Source: Ginkgo biloba
Taxonomy: Eukaryota; Plantae; Ginkgophyta
Length of the DNA stretch: 17,764 nt
Direction: 5' to 3'
NCBI GenBank assembly: GCA_024626585.2
Contig: JANKJI020000002.1
Coordinates: forward strand, 243,860,306-243,878,069
The notes below the pieces were generated by a model, which saw nothing but the letters and a program-made list of their open reading frames with translations, made no database searches and had not been told where the DNA came from. Position 1 is the first letter of the stretch, and each line of letters opens with the position of its first letter. The position numbers and the translations under genes are program-made. Positions 1 through 10,640 of the stretch are shown here, piece after piece.

Positions 1-825
1 TCTCTTGTTTGTGTTTGTCCATGTCTTCCTGGAAGAACTGTGGTACGCATGTCAGAGAGAGTAATAGTATGTCTACTTTGGAAGAATAATCACATTTACT
101 CCTGGGACATGTGCCCACAATAGGATGCTCATGGAGGTTAAATATGCTTTGAACAGGCACAATGTTGTTGACATCTATCATGGGCATAGCTGGTAACCAG
201 GCAGCTTAGATGGTACACATTTATTACATAGCATTACTTTATCCTATTGCTTGCCTCAAGGTGTTCTACGGCATGCAAGATTAAGCATTGTTGGGCTTAG
301 TGACAACATTCCAGATCCCTGTTTCGCTGTTTCTCTCAGTAATGAGTCTGAAATTTGTTTATTTGTAACGTGAAGTTTAGTCCATTTAGTCCTTTAAAAA
401 TTAATTTCAGAATTTTTTTGTCAGTCTTTATGAAAACCACATACATGTTCTTTGATGCTCTTGTCTGCTTGGATTTGCTACTTTATCAATTGCAGTTACT
501 TTTCTGGTGCCCAAATATGCATAAACTGTATATTAGGCATGGAGCTAGTCTGTGTTGTGGTTGGCTTCAAGTTTTTTTGCCATTTAGCTGAACACATTTC
601 TGTTATATCTTGTATGAATGGTTCAAACTTGGCATTCTTCTTTTATTTCCGCATGGAGTTTGAGAAGGGCTGTCATGTTTGAAGTTGGTTATTCTTTTTT
701 AGGGAGACACTATGTCATGAAAATTCTTATGATTCCAGTTGTTTGTTTTCTCCCTAATTTTAAAATATGTCAGTGTGGTCTTCTTTTCGCTTGTGTGTTA
801 TCTGATTGTGCTTTTGATAATGCAG

Positions 826-960
826 GCAAATCATCAATTCAGTACGAACTTGCAAAGACGCATCTATGGACATGCTACTAATGTGGCAATTCGTCCTCTA
901 GATGAGGAGAAAGCTGTTCAAGCTGCCACAGATCTCCTTGGAGAGCTGTTTATATTTTCG
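826..960 (+). CDS. OPA3: OPA3-like (optic atrophy 3 family) protein, internal exon (probably exon 2)
   Basis: Acceptor tgcag at 821-825 and donor gtattg at 961. The 135 nt encode 45 codons, ANHQFSTNLQRRIYGHATNVAIRPLDEEKAVQAATDLLGELFIFS. This matches the plant OPA3-family signature QRRIYGHATxVxIRPLxEEKAVQAAxDLxGELF as I recall it. Confidence 0.95.
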
Positions 961-2397
961 GTATTGTTTTTAAGTAAATGAGAGATTTATTTTTGTGCAC
1001 TGGGATGTAGGCTGGGTCACTTGGGATGGATTTATGTAGGTCAGTTGCCATATCATGGAAGCGATGCTTGTTCTGATCTTCCTAACAACAACAGTTAAGC
1101 AGATCAGAGGTTCTAGGATGAGCTATGCTATGTCTTTTTGCATCTGCTTTTAGTGTAAACTACATTTAAGCATTCTTTCAGCAAGCTCTAAACAAACAGG
1201 AACAACTGAAATGGAAGTACATGCTTTATTTTCATCTGAAACATAACCATCTTGCAATTTAGTGTATAATCTTTCTAGTTATTTTGTAGTTATGTTTGTA
1301 TTGGAAAACTTATTAGCTTTCATAAAAAGGATGCTTGAACATTGTTTGACAAAGTATTTTAGATTGTTCCTAAATATTAGGAGCATATGAAGAAGCTTAA
1401 ATTTAACCTTGAAGGATAAAAATTAGGAGGTTGAAGACTAATTTTATCTAAATAATTAAATATTTTTCTAGCTTGTTAAGAATCTAAAAAAGAAAAATGA
1501 AGACATGAACAAGTTGATGAATAGCTGCAATTATAACAATTGTTGATGAAACATGTATTACAAATACTTCCTAGTATAATGATAGCTATAATATATGGTT
1601 ATCCATGTATCCTAGTGGATGGTTGTTATTTTATAGGTACATTAGTAAGCATATTCATAAGAAAGAANNNNNNNNNNNNNNNNNNNNNNNNNNNNNNNNN
1701 NNNNNNNNNNNNNNNNNNNNNNNNNNNNNNNNNNNNNNNNNNNNNNNNNNNNNNNNNNNNNNNNNNNCTTTTTTTTTGTTTTTTTTTTGGAAAATTGGGT
1801 GTGGGAAGAATTCAAATAGTTTTCCAATCCGTTGGCTATTTGGCTATACAAGTATTGAGATTTCCGGAGATGTATATTGTTAATTTAGAGAATAGCAAGA
1901 AGAGGAAACGAGGGGAGAGAATTTTTGGGTTTCATACGTTTGGAGATCCTGGGTGTCCAGCAGACTATTATGGCCCTTTTCGGGAGAATATTAGAGTTTT
2001 TCTTGAGGGTTGTGCAGAGAGGGAGGATTATGATATGGAGGGAAAGAACAAGAATTTTTAATGTTTTTGATTTTGAAGCCGGTATAGTTCAAAGAGAATC
2101 AATTGTAAGGACATCTGTGTCTAAATATAAGTTGAATATATTCTTCAATGGATGGGGTTCGTAATAGTGGCATTTGTTCCAGTTATTCAGTTGTTTCATA
2201 AAATACTAGATCCACATCTCTTTGATTCACATTGTGGTCCTTTTAGGTTTGTTGCACAACAAATTCTCTTTCAAAGATTTGTACTGTGATTTCACTGAAT
2301 TATTTCTTGCTCCTGAGCAATCAGATTGGTGTTTGCTCTGTTGACTTGATCCTATTATAGCATCCTGGTTACAACAATGAAATTTTTTGTTCTCTAG
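961..2397 (+). other. GT-AG intron of the OPA3-like gene (contains the MMD1/MS1-like fragment and a 100-N gap)
   Basis: GT at 961, AG at 2396-2397; the flanking exons join in frame. Confidence 0.9.
1870..2061 (+). pseudogene. Truncated N-terminal fragment of an MMD1/DUET / MALE STERILITY1-family PHD-finger gene
   Basis: ATG at 1870: MYIVNLENSKKRKRGERIFGFHTFGDPGCPADYYGPFRENIRVFLEGCAEREDYDMEG then KNKNF*. The pattern KKRKR..+FxFxxFGxxGxP....xFRxNIRxFLxxCAExEDYDxxG is the conserved N-terminus of this family as I recall it. Similarity ends near 2043, and I see no downstream exons or PHD finger in the window. Confidence 0.85.
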
Positions 2398-2484
2398 GTT
2401 GGGGGAGCTGCTGTTATATTTGAAGTGCAAAGGAGCTCCAGATCAGAAGCTCGCAAGGAAGAAGCCCGCAAGCAGGAATTAGAA
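2398..2484 (+). CDS. OPA3: OPA3-like protein, internal exon (probably exon 3); not in the ORF track
   Basis: Pyrimidine-rich acceptor ttttttgttctctag ending at 2397 and donor gtgagt at 2485. The 87 nt encode VGGAAVIFEVQRSSRSEARKEEARKQELE, the conserved plant OPA3 motif. Phase 0 at both ends, in frame with the previous exon. Confidence 0.95.
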
Positions 2485-2552
2485 GTGAGTCTAGAAACTC
2501 CAATTCCAAATTTTGTGATGTTTCATGATGTTAATTTTTACTAAACATAAAG

Positions 2553-2569
2553 AAAAAAAAAAAAAAAAA
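2553..2569 (+). repeat. Intronic A17 homopolymer
   Basis: Seventeen consecutive A residues about 70 nt after the donor at 2485. Confidence 0.9.
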
Positions 2570-3695
2570 TGGTTTTTGGAATATTCTCTGTTTGGAAATG
2601 TTAGTTTCAGCCCTCGGAAATCAACAACTCTCAGCAGCTGCTTGAATAATGAATCTGAAAAGCAAATGCTTCTCTCTAAAAATGTTCCTGCTTGGTGTTG
2701 AACCAAAATGCGGTTTAACACCTCAGAGGGGTTGCAAAATCTGGGTAGGGTGGTTGATTTATTTCACTGTTATGATACATTTTGTTGTGTTTTGTCATCA
2801 GAATGCTTCTTGGAGGTAAGCAGAAGGTTTCACCCATCCACACCACGTTTGTGGGCATTTTGGCAATGCTTAGCAATGTTTCTCCATCACTAGAATGGCT
2901 TCCCTGGCGGACCTTTTTTACAGACAGCTTGGACTAAATAGTTAAGCTCTGTATGGTCGAGATAATCTAGTGATGCATCTGCCATCTTTGTTAGCTTTGA
3001 AAGGGATGAGATGAACCAGATGCCAACACAAGCATAGAAGCATGGTGCATCATATAATCAACTACTCGTATTTAATATTTAGGAATAACGTGAAAATTTG
3101 CATACTACCTGTGCCAAACAAGTTTACTGGTATGCTGAGGAAATAATAATGCACAACTTCTATTAGGAGCTGGCAGATTAACCTCCATGAAAAATTATTT
3201 ATCATAGGGATAGAGCTTATTATTTTTTGATTGGGCATCAAAAAATAACCCTGGCAAGGTAAGCTTGGGAGGCCTTTTGGTTATATATCATCTCAAGTGC
3301 AAGATTTACTATTGGGAGGGCTTGGATATATCATCAAATAATATAACATAATGNNNNNNNNNNNNNNNNNNNNNNNNNNNNNNNNNNNNNNNNNNNNNNN
3401 NNNNNNNNNNNNNNNNNNNNNNNNNNNNNNNNNNNNNNNNNNNNNNNNNNNNNNNNNNNNNNNNNNNNNNNNNNNNNNNNNNNNNNNNNNNNNNNNNNNN
3501 NNNNNNNNNNNNNNNNNNNNNNNNNNNNNNNNNNNNNNNNNNNNNNNNNNNNNNNNNNNNNNNNNNNNNNNNNNNNNNNNNNNNNNNNNNNNNNNNNNNN
3601 NNNNNNNNNNNNNNNNNNNNNNNNNNNNNNNNNNNNNNNNNNNNNNNNNNNNNNNNNNNNNNNNNNNNNNNNNNNNNNNNNNNNNNNNNNNNNNA

Positions 3696-4761
3696 AGGTT
3701 TCACCACTCATCTCACTCAAACTAAACTTGTGGGGTTCTCCTATATTTACATTTTCCACTCCACCCTTATCTCTAACAATTCCAACAACCATCTCAAAGG
3801 CTACCTTTGATAACCTAACTTCTCTTAGTGTTCCCACTCCTACATTCACAACCCCAATCAAATACCAATTATCAACCCTATTGACTGCATTAGAGGCCTC
3901 TACTACCTAACTTTCTCTAATGTCAATTTTAGTTCTAAGGAGTTAGCTAAGACCTCTACTCTAGGTTCCTCCTATCCTCTCTCCATTAGTAAGGAATCCA
4001 CCATGGTCTCATTATCCATCTCCTCTTCCTCCTCCCAATCAAGTGATACCACATACTCTGATCCCTCAACTCAAGCCATGAGCAAACAATAGTGGATCCA
4101 CATACAGTTGGCTCAAATGGAGAAGATAGATACAATTACTCCTAGACATCCTGAGGTGACCCTACAATATGATAAAGTAACCAATAGTCTAAAAAGGGTT
4201 ACCAAGAGAAGAATCAAGACAAGGGAATAGGTCACCACCCTCTAAATAGAGGAATACCTCTTATCCCTAACTAGGAAAAGAAAGAGAGGCACCAAGGGAG
4301 TACATGTGGATGATAGGAAATTGGTAGTTGACCTAGTATCCATAGTGAGGTTAGCCAATAAGATGTCTAAGGAGGTTGTGAAAAGGATGCAGATGGCGCT
4401 ATCATAAGCTTATGATAGGATTATGGTTTCCCCATCTATAGGCATGGAAATTCAAGGATCTATTAAAGAATTGTATAAATCCTTTATACAAGTCAAAGAG
4501 GCTAAATCCAAAGGCATTGAATCTCATCACAAGATTCAGATCTCATTAAACCAGATTGAAGAGTGAGACACCAAGCTAACAACCTCGGGGAACATTGCCT
4601 ATAAGAACCTGGTCCCCAATGTTCTACTTCTGGGATTAGATGAGGTTTTCACCTACCATAATATCCTGACCAAATCAAAATATGTTTTGGAGGATGGGGA
4701 CATGTCGCTTGTAACATCAAACAACAACCTGGATTTATCCTTCCAAAATATCCTAGTGTAG
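3696..4761 (+). pseudogene. Decayed long ORF of unknown family (Ser/Thr/Pro-rich, then basic and helical); probably a retrotransposon accessory ORF
   Basis: Frame 3901-4758 runs 286 codons with only five stops (4090, 4228, 4243, 4405, 4564). It is preceded by the S/T/P-rich ORF at 3728-3910 in a neighbouring frame and contains TRKRKRG. No recognisable domain. Confidence 0.5.
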
Positions 4762-5341
4762 GATTTCCATGAGCAATGAAATAGGCATTTCTCGGTGGCC
4801 ATATGAAATCATGCCTGGAAAATTATTTATGTTTAGATCTCACAAGATGCATGAGCCCCCAAAATTTGCGCCCAATTCTATTGTTATTGCAAGTCAGTTC
4901 ACTATTGTTATGAAGTGGGATACTCAAAAGAGTTTTTAGAAAATCTAGATATTTAATATCTATTGGCAAGGGTTGAGAAACATTGTTGTCAATTCCAAGA
5001 AATTGTGGGAGTACTTAGTTTGAACAAGATTAGCCCTTTTGAAGGCAACGACATTGGCTTATAAGCAAACAAGTACTCTGAAGATTATACATTATAAGTG
5101 CCAAGATTGAACAGGTTGAGAATCATGTGATTTTATTGTTCAGTGGCTTAGCATTGCTACAAAAGATGCCGATGATATTAGAAGCAAGGTAATAGGTTTA
5201 TTAGATTGAAATGGATAGTCGAAGTGCTCACCAAAAGGAAAATCTTTCTCACCAAGGGTCTAGAAAAGGATTTATTACAGTGGCAAGAATAAGAAATTAC
5301 GAGACCAAGGAAACAAGGACAAATTTAGGATTTCAAGTTAT

Positions 5342-5760
5342 GGGGGAGAAAGGAACCCCAAAATATTGTAAGTTTAGATCATGAAGTTCAGTGCTTACTT
5401 TAAATTCTTACCTAGGACTAACTATATAATTGTAGCATATGCATCTATTCACTTGATAGGCGTGGCATCGACATGGTGGCAAACATGTAACAAAGATGAG
5501 AATGGAATTCTTGATCCTCAAATTGACATATTGGAAAAAATGTAGGAGGAACTTCAGAAGAATTTTTTACCACATGGTTATGTGAGGAGATATATTTACA
5601 ACTCAAGCAACTGAAACAAAGTATATGTGTACAAGAATACAACAAAAGAATTGAGAAGTCTATCTCTGCATGCTTCAAACACAAATAATGCCAACATCTT
5701 GGCCATGTATTTGGAAGGATTAGACCTTCTTCTCACAACAAATGGGGCATTATTAGATCC
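5342..5760 (+). mobile_element. Ty3/gypsy gag (Retrotrans_gag-like) remnant
   Basis: GGERNPKIL*V*IMKFSAYF...IIVAYASIHLIGVASTWWQ (WW at 5474-5479), then across frameshifts M*EELQKNFLPHGY and EEIYLQLKQLKQSICVQEY. These are the typical gag LxGxAxxWW, FLP and LxQ..VxEY motifs. Confidence 0.85.
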
Positions 5761-5914
5761 TGCTTTAGTAACGGAGGTTATGAAAATGTTGAAAATTGTG
5801 GAAGTAAAATATAATAGGAGCATGGTAAGGCAAAAATTCAATGAGTCTTGAGAGTCAAATACACTATCCTACAAACTAGAAATGCAATGGAAGGACCAAG
5901 GACATGCATCTCCA

Positions 5915-5929
5915 ACACACACACACACA
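5915..5929. repeat. (AC)7 microsatellite
   Basis: acacacacacacaca seen directly. Confidence 0.85.
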
Positions 5930-6208
5930 ACTCTGAAAAGTACAACACCTATGTACACCATTATATAAAGAGAAAGATTACCAATAGAACAAGCCCTTTG
6001 GGAATTAGAAGATCTGAAGGCCTTTGATTTAGTTGCCTATACAAATTGATGTTAAGACATCACAAAATGTATAGAGAATGGGAGAGTAAAAACCATGTGT
6101 TTTTAATGNNNNNNNNNNNNNNNNNNNNNNNNNNNNNNNNNNNNNNNNNNNNNNNNNNNNNNNNNNNNNNNNNNNNNNNNNNNNNNNNNNNNNNNNNNNN
6201 NNNNNNNN

Positions 6209-6294
6209 TTACATTGGCAGTTGAGCAAAGAGGCCAACTGGACCAGTTGTTGAAGAAGCATGAAGTTATTTTCTTGGAGCCAAAAATCAAATGA
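6209..6294 (+). mobile_element. Ty3/gypsy pol protease-RT linker remnant
   Basis: LAVEQRGQLDQLLKKHEVIFLEP resembles the LxxEQxxQLxxLLxxxxxxFxEP stretch that precedes gypsy RT; it breaks off immediately afterwards. Confidence 0.55.
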
Positions 6295-6469
6295 TGATTT
6301 ATCAAAGGAGAGTTATATTTTTTAAAATCATATCCATACTAATAAAATTGATGATATTCTAAAGAGTTTATCTAGAATCATTGAAAATTCTATAACACCA
6401 TTTCAAAAGAAAAGTTTTACCAAAACTCTACATCTTGATTTTAGGAAACCTATTGGTCAATTTCACCCT

Positions 6470-6975
6470 TGAAACTATTTAGTTATTCATGAATTGGATA
6501 GCACTCAAGCCAATGTATCATTGCTTGACTTATTAAAGTTTTTCCTTGAACAAAGGCAAAATCTCCTAAATGAATTTGGAATATTGGATATCCTAACTTC
6601 AAAGTAATTAATAATGTCTAATGATGTGAATTTAGACCCTCAAGAACTCAATAAGTCTCATACAATTGAACCCTTATTCATTCATGATACAATTAGGGGT
6701 ATTAAATTACAACAAACAACCTTAGATGAGGGATCGACATTGAATGTTATGACCCTTTCCATAATGAAGATTGGATTTGTAAAGGTTTTAATTTGAAATC
6801 AAACATTCCATTAGGACAAACTTAGGTTGACATATCTTTTTAAACCAAAACTATCACTATTGGCATAGAGTTTATGGACACAACATATGATTATAATTTA
6901 TTGTTAAGACACCCCTAAGTAAACAAGATGTTTGGGGTTATCTCTTCCCTCTTTAGGAGTTTAAATACCTTCATG
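6470..6975 (+). mobile_element. Ty3/gypsy (Tat/Ogre-like) gag C-terminus and aspartic protease remnant
   Basis: YLVIHELDSTQANVSLLDLLK, then PLFIHDTIRGIKLQQTTLDEGSTLNVM (catalytic LxDxGSxLNV at ~6722-6750), then FMDTTYDYNLLLRHP*VNKMFGVISSL (cf. YNLLLGRPWIH; stop at 6916-6918). Confidence 0.8.
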
Positions 6976-7144
6976 ATAATGAGGTAAAAATCCCAAAATG
7001 ATTAGATTTTTCACCTCAAAAATCAAATGAAAAAATTATTGTTCATATTGAAACGTGATATTTAGACTTTTCCTATTGATCATTCGACCCAATTTTTAAG
7101 CAATCAGTGGTTCAAGACAATAGGCGACATAAAGAGCAATTAGT

Positions 7145-7545
7145 TGAAGGGGTTATAAATCCTTGCTCCCGCTTGTGTCATAGTGATAGGGATGAATGCC
7201 AAAGTTGGAGTTCCTTATTGAGCATTGCACTTCCTTGCAATGTGTCATCCTCCTTGAGACCTATTTTTTGATGTAAGATGAGAAGGGTGAACTTCAGCTA
7301 GAGGCAAGGTAGGATGATAATGATAACAATGCGTCTAATTGACATATGATGTGCCCATATATATGTGAGGAAGACCCTTAAGAGACATCCCATTTTACTT
7401 GCTATGAGCTAACTTTCTTCTTCTTCTAGACAGGGCGACACTTTTTTCCCTTATTTTGATTGGTCGCTATCCTCTTTCAATTTGTGTATTTGCATTGCCT
7501 AAACCAATGACTCTAGCTTAGGTTGTAATCTCTTTCGTCACCCTT
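7145..7545 (-). mobile_element. Probable polypurine tract and 3' LTR of the minus-strand chromovirus
   Basis: Follows the end of integrase on the minus strand. Purine-rich aagggtgacgaaagaga at ~7529-7545, a TATA-like catatatat at ~7357-7366, and a candidate terminal CA at 7145-7146. No second LTR copy in the window to confirm boundaries. Confidence 0.4.
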
Positions 7546-8850
7546 GAGAGATCATTGCCCTCAATGGTTTAGGATTCTCTAATAAAGGATACAAATTTTC
7601 ATGTAGTTCCTTCTTTGGTTTGTTTGACTATTCTACCAAGTACTCTATGATTTTTCATGTTACTAAATTTTCTTGCTCTTATATTTCAATATACTTATTG
7701 AATCATGTGCCATTGCTTCCACTTCTTGTACATCTACACACTATTGTGTTTTGTTGATAGTACCTTCTTGAGGAAGCTCACATGCTATAGTACATGCATT
7801 TACACATGGGGTTGTAGTTCCAACTTGTATGCTGCTTCATTTACTTACAAGGATTTTTGGAAGGTCTAGAAAATCTTGGCGATTGCTTTTGGCACATCTT
7901 CATGTCTTTAATGAATTGTTGGAATTAGCTTTCTAATGGATAAGTCTCTAACCCCAAAGGGCGAAGAGACCTTGTTTGTCTACAGGTAATTTAGCTCTTG
8001 CTTGAGTTCTTTCCATGTTTGTCTTACATAACTGTAAATCTTGTTGCATTTCTTTCAACATCTCCAAACACACTTGGAATTTTTCCCTTGAAATTATCAA
8101 TAACTGTGTCTAATGGAAAAAAGGATCATACTCATTGCTTTCAATGGTGTCATACTCGTATGTTTGCTATTAATGTTAGAAAACCACAAAAGGGAAATTT
8201 TTGCTCCCTTTGTGTTTGCTTGTTTGGTCTGGGTTCCGATTTGTGGACGGTCACCACCATTGACATCCCAACTTTAGCCTAAGTGCATAGAAGGAATCTT
8301 CCACATTTGTGTTGTAAACTTTGGTTCCCTATCATTGATAGTCAATTTTGGTGTATTATGCTTTCTAAATATATTTGTTGGTAGTACCTTAGCAATATCA
8401 TATACCTTGTGTCCTACAACAAGGATGAATTTTGCCGTCTTTGTTAATTGACTCACAACCACCAATATCTAGTCATGTTGTTTTTATGCCTTTGACAAGG
8501 AGGTAACAAAGCCAATGGATATACTTTGCCACTTCCCTTTTGTATTCAAAGTGTCACCAATATGCCTTTAAGTAACTATTAGTCACTTTGTTCACAAGGC
8601 ATTACATAATTTGCAATTTCTCTCTTCATATGCTTCCAATGAAGATACATCTTAGTTGCTTCATAGTTCTTATCTCTACCTATGTCACTATCAAAAGTGT
8701 TGTGCAATTCAAACATATTTGAATTTAACCACATTCTAAATCACCAATGTGTTTTTATGGCATAGGATATGATCTTCTATAGATTTCGTACCTCTTTACA
8801 TCATCGGTGTTGTTTACTGGTGAACGATTCATAGTAAAAGAGCCATTGGT
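7546..8850 (-). mobile_element. Ty3/gypsy chromovirus integrase plus chromodomain remnant
   Basis: In order on the minus strand: degenerate HHCC (LHNT..IGRDKNYE..YLHWKHMKREIANYVMPC), KWQSISIGFVTSL, VVVSQLTKTAKFI..FRKHNTPKLTINDREPKF, RPQIGTQTKQAN (cf. HPQTDGQTERVN), NEAAYKLEL..HVSFLKK (GPY/F module, ~7764-7840), and EYLVE*SNKP (chromodomain, ~7598-7645). Confidence 0.9.
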
Positions 8851-9365
8851 TAACCAACTACAAGTTGGAGAGACTAGATCGTAGTGCTGTTACTCTCACC
8901 GCAACTCTGCATTCATTTGTTGGCCAACAAACAATTAAAATGCATTCAAGGAAAAAAAAATATAGACACAAAGAAGAAGAATAATTGTTTATATTAATAA
9001 TGAGAAATACATAACATTTCGAGATACATGCTGAATACATCAAGAGAAATTCTCTTAAATCAACTATTCCATGATGATCATAACCATAGAAGCATTTGCA
9101 ATTTATAGTTTCTAGTCTAACTCTTCATATCCTAATGATAAGAGTCGCTTCCATTCATGCTTAACTAATGATTAGTTACAAGTCATAATTGCCTTTTAGG
9201 GGGTCTCCAATAATTGCTTATCTTAATTTGTCTTTGTTTGTTGGTGCAAATGGACAAATGAACATNNNNNNNNNNNNNNNNNNNNNNNNNNNNNNNNNNN
9301 NNNNNNNNNNNNNNNNNNNNNNNNNNNNNNNNNNNNNNNNNNNNNNNNNNNNNNNNNNNNNNNNN

Positions 9366-9386
9366 TATATATATAGATATACATAC

Positions 9387-9418
<32 letters not shown>
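9366..9418. repeat. Compound (TA)n/(TACA)n microsatellite abutting a gap
   Basis: tatatatatagatatacatacatacatacatacatatatatatatatatat seen directly; probably the cause of the adjacent gap. Confidence 0.9.
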
Positions 9419-10549
9419 CCCATGCAAGAGAGGTAAGAAAAGCTAGCATCTTTTAATAGCATAAAATGTCAATAATGGTCTAGGACCAATCCTTGTAAAA
9501 CTTCATTTGAAATAAAAAAGTATAAAAGAATAACGCCTGTGAAATTCTATGGAAATCCCACAGTTTTTTTCAGAGGAAACCTGCAGTGAGGAAAAACCAT
9601 TGCTTTTCTTCATAACTGCTATGGCTGTGCTATTTTTATTTCTTATGTGAAATTTAGACTTTCAGATTAGTCTCAAAAAGGCAATTACATGGCTATAGAG
9701 AAGTCTGAAAATGGACCATGGAGCTGATGCTGGTTGTTTCTTTGCCAGGGTGTCATGTAAGGAGAATGCTATTTTTACATATAAACTAGGACTGTAAACA
9801 GGAACAGCATCATCTTTCAAGAATCCACAGCCAGCTCAGCAGAGACTCCATTTTTCCATCATTCATTTGATGTGCCCAACAGTATTCATGTACTGTATCT
9901 ATATTTATCAACATCTATATGCATGCCTGTGACAGGAAATACAGATCTGCTGGTTATCCATAGTCCAGGCAGAAAGTTACAATATAGGCTATATCAGCCT
10001 CCAGAAGATGTAAAACTGTACTGCCAGGGGCTTGACAACTATAGGTGGCCTAAACTGCTTAAAATTAACTTGAACAGTATCACAACTCATCATTATAGTT
10101 ATGTTAACCTACAGGAAGCACAACAAGCGGTTTCGGAGAAATATATCTTTCTTGGTTCTTAAACTCTGTTCTATGGCATAAAGAATTTCTGGAAACACAG
10201 AGGCCCAGATAGCTGGTTTACTAGTTAGGTATAATACAGTCTTGATTCGCTCTCATCTTGACTCTTGCATCATGTTCATAATGACGTCAGGACATTGTTG
10301 GGCCATTATTATTGCTATTGCATGAAGGACAAAATCACATGTGTTGGGTATTTTTTTCAGTGAGTTAGCATTTTGTATTTAAAAAATGGTTAATGTCTAT
10401 TGATTGACCACACAATGGGATGCAAAAGCAGTAAAACATCCTTGAACTGTCTCCAGTGAAGACTACACACCATGACAGAGAATTGTTTTTCTACCAAAAA
10501 TTCTGCTCTTCCTAGTGCACACTAAATGATTCTTGTCGACTGTGTTAGG

Positions 10550-10640
10550 CCATGGTTCCTTGAAAATTGCAGGACTGAGTTCTCCCAGCACTCAAACTTT
10601 GCATCCCATGGCTCCTTGGAAATTGCAGAACACAGTTCCC
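10550..10640. repeat. Imperfect direct repeat, two copies with a 56-nt period
   Basis: ccatggttccttgaaaattgcaggactgagttc at 10550 and ccatggctccttggaaattgcagaacacagttc at 10606. Confidence 0.75.

Noticed and set aside
1-825. OPA3 first exon, or genes from ORFs 355-591, 452-682 and 618-881
   Set aside because: No OPA3 N-terminal motif is visible; the T-rich, low-complexity translations are typical of intron sequence.
1540-2061. 173-aa ORF as a full gene
   Set aside because: It reads through a 100-N gap; only 1870-2043 shows recognisable similarity.
2140-2164. NGWGS as a continuation of the MS1/MMD1 CxxC..GW motif
   Set aside because: Different frame, no preceding CxxC and no following RKYHFIIP-like motif; probably chance.
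1870-2484. Chimeric MMD1-like/OPA3 protein formed by splicing the fragment onto the exon at 2398
   Set aside because: It needs a phase-0 donor before the stop at 2059. The only phase-0 GT after the first few codons is the weak AGA|GTTTTT (~1996), the GT at 2009 is phase 1, and the stronger GTAAGG (~2105) lies after the stop. Not supportable without RNA data.
3309-3861. X-containing ORFs here and at 6046-6305, 9183-9462, 11294-11482 and 15891-16284
   Set aside because: Artefacts of translating N gaps and microsatellites.
5270-5295. LTR end and primer-binding site (ttaca g tggca)
   Set aside because: No extended tRNA complementarity that I can recognise, and it is too close to the gag core motifs.
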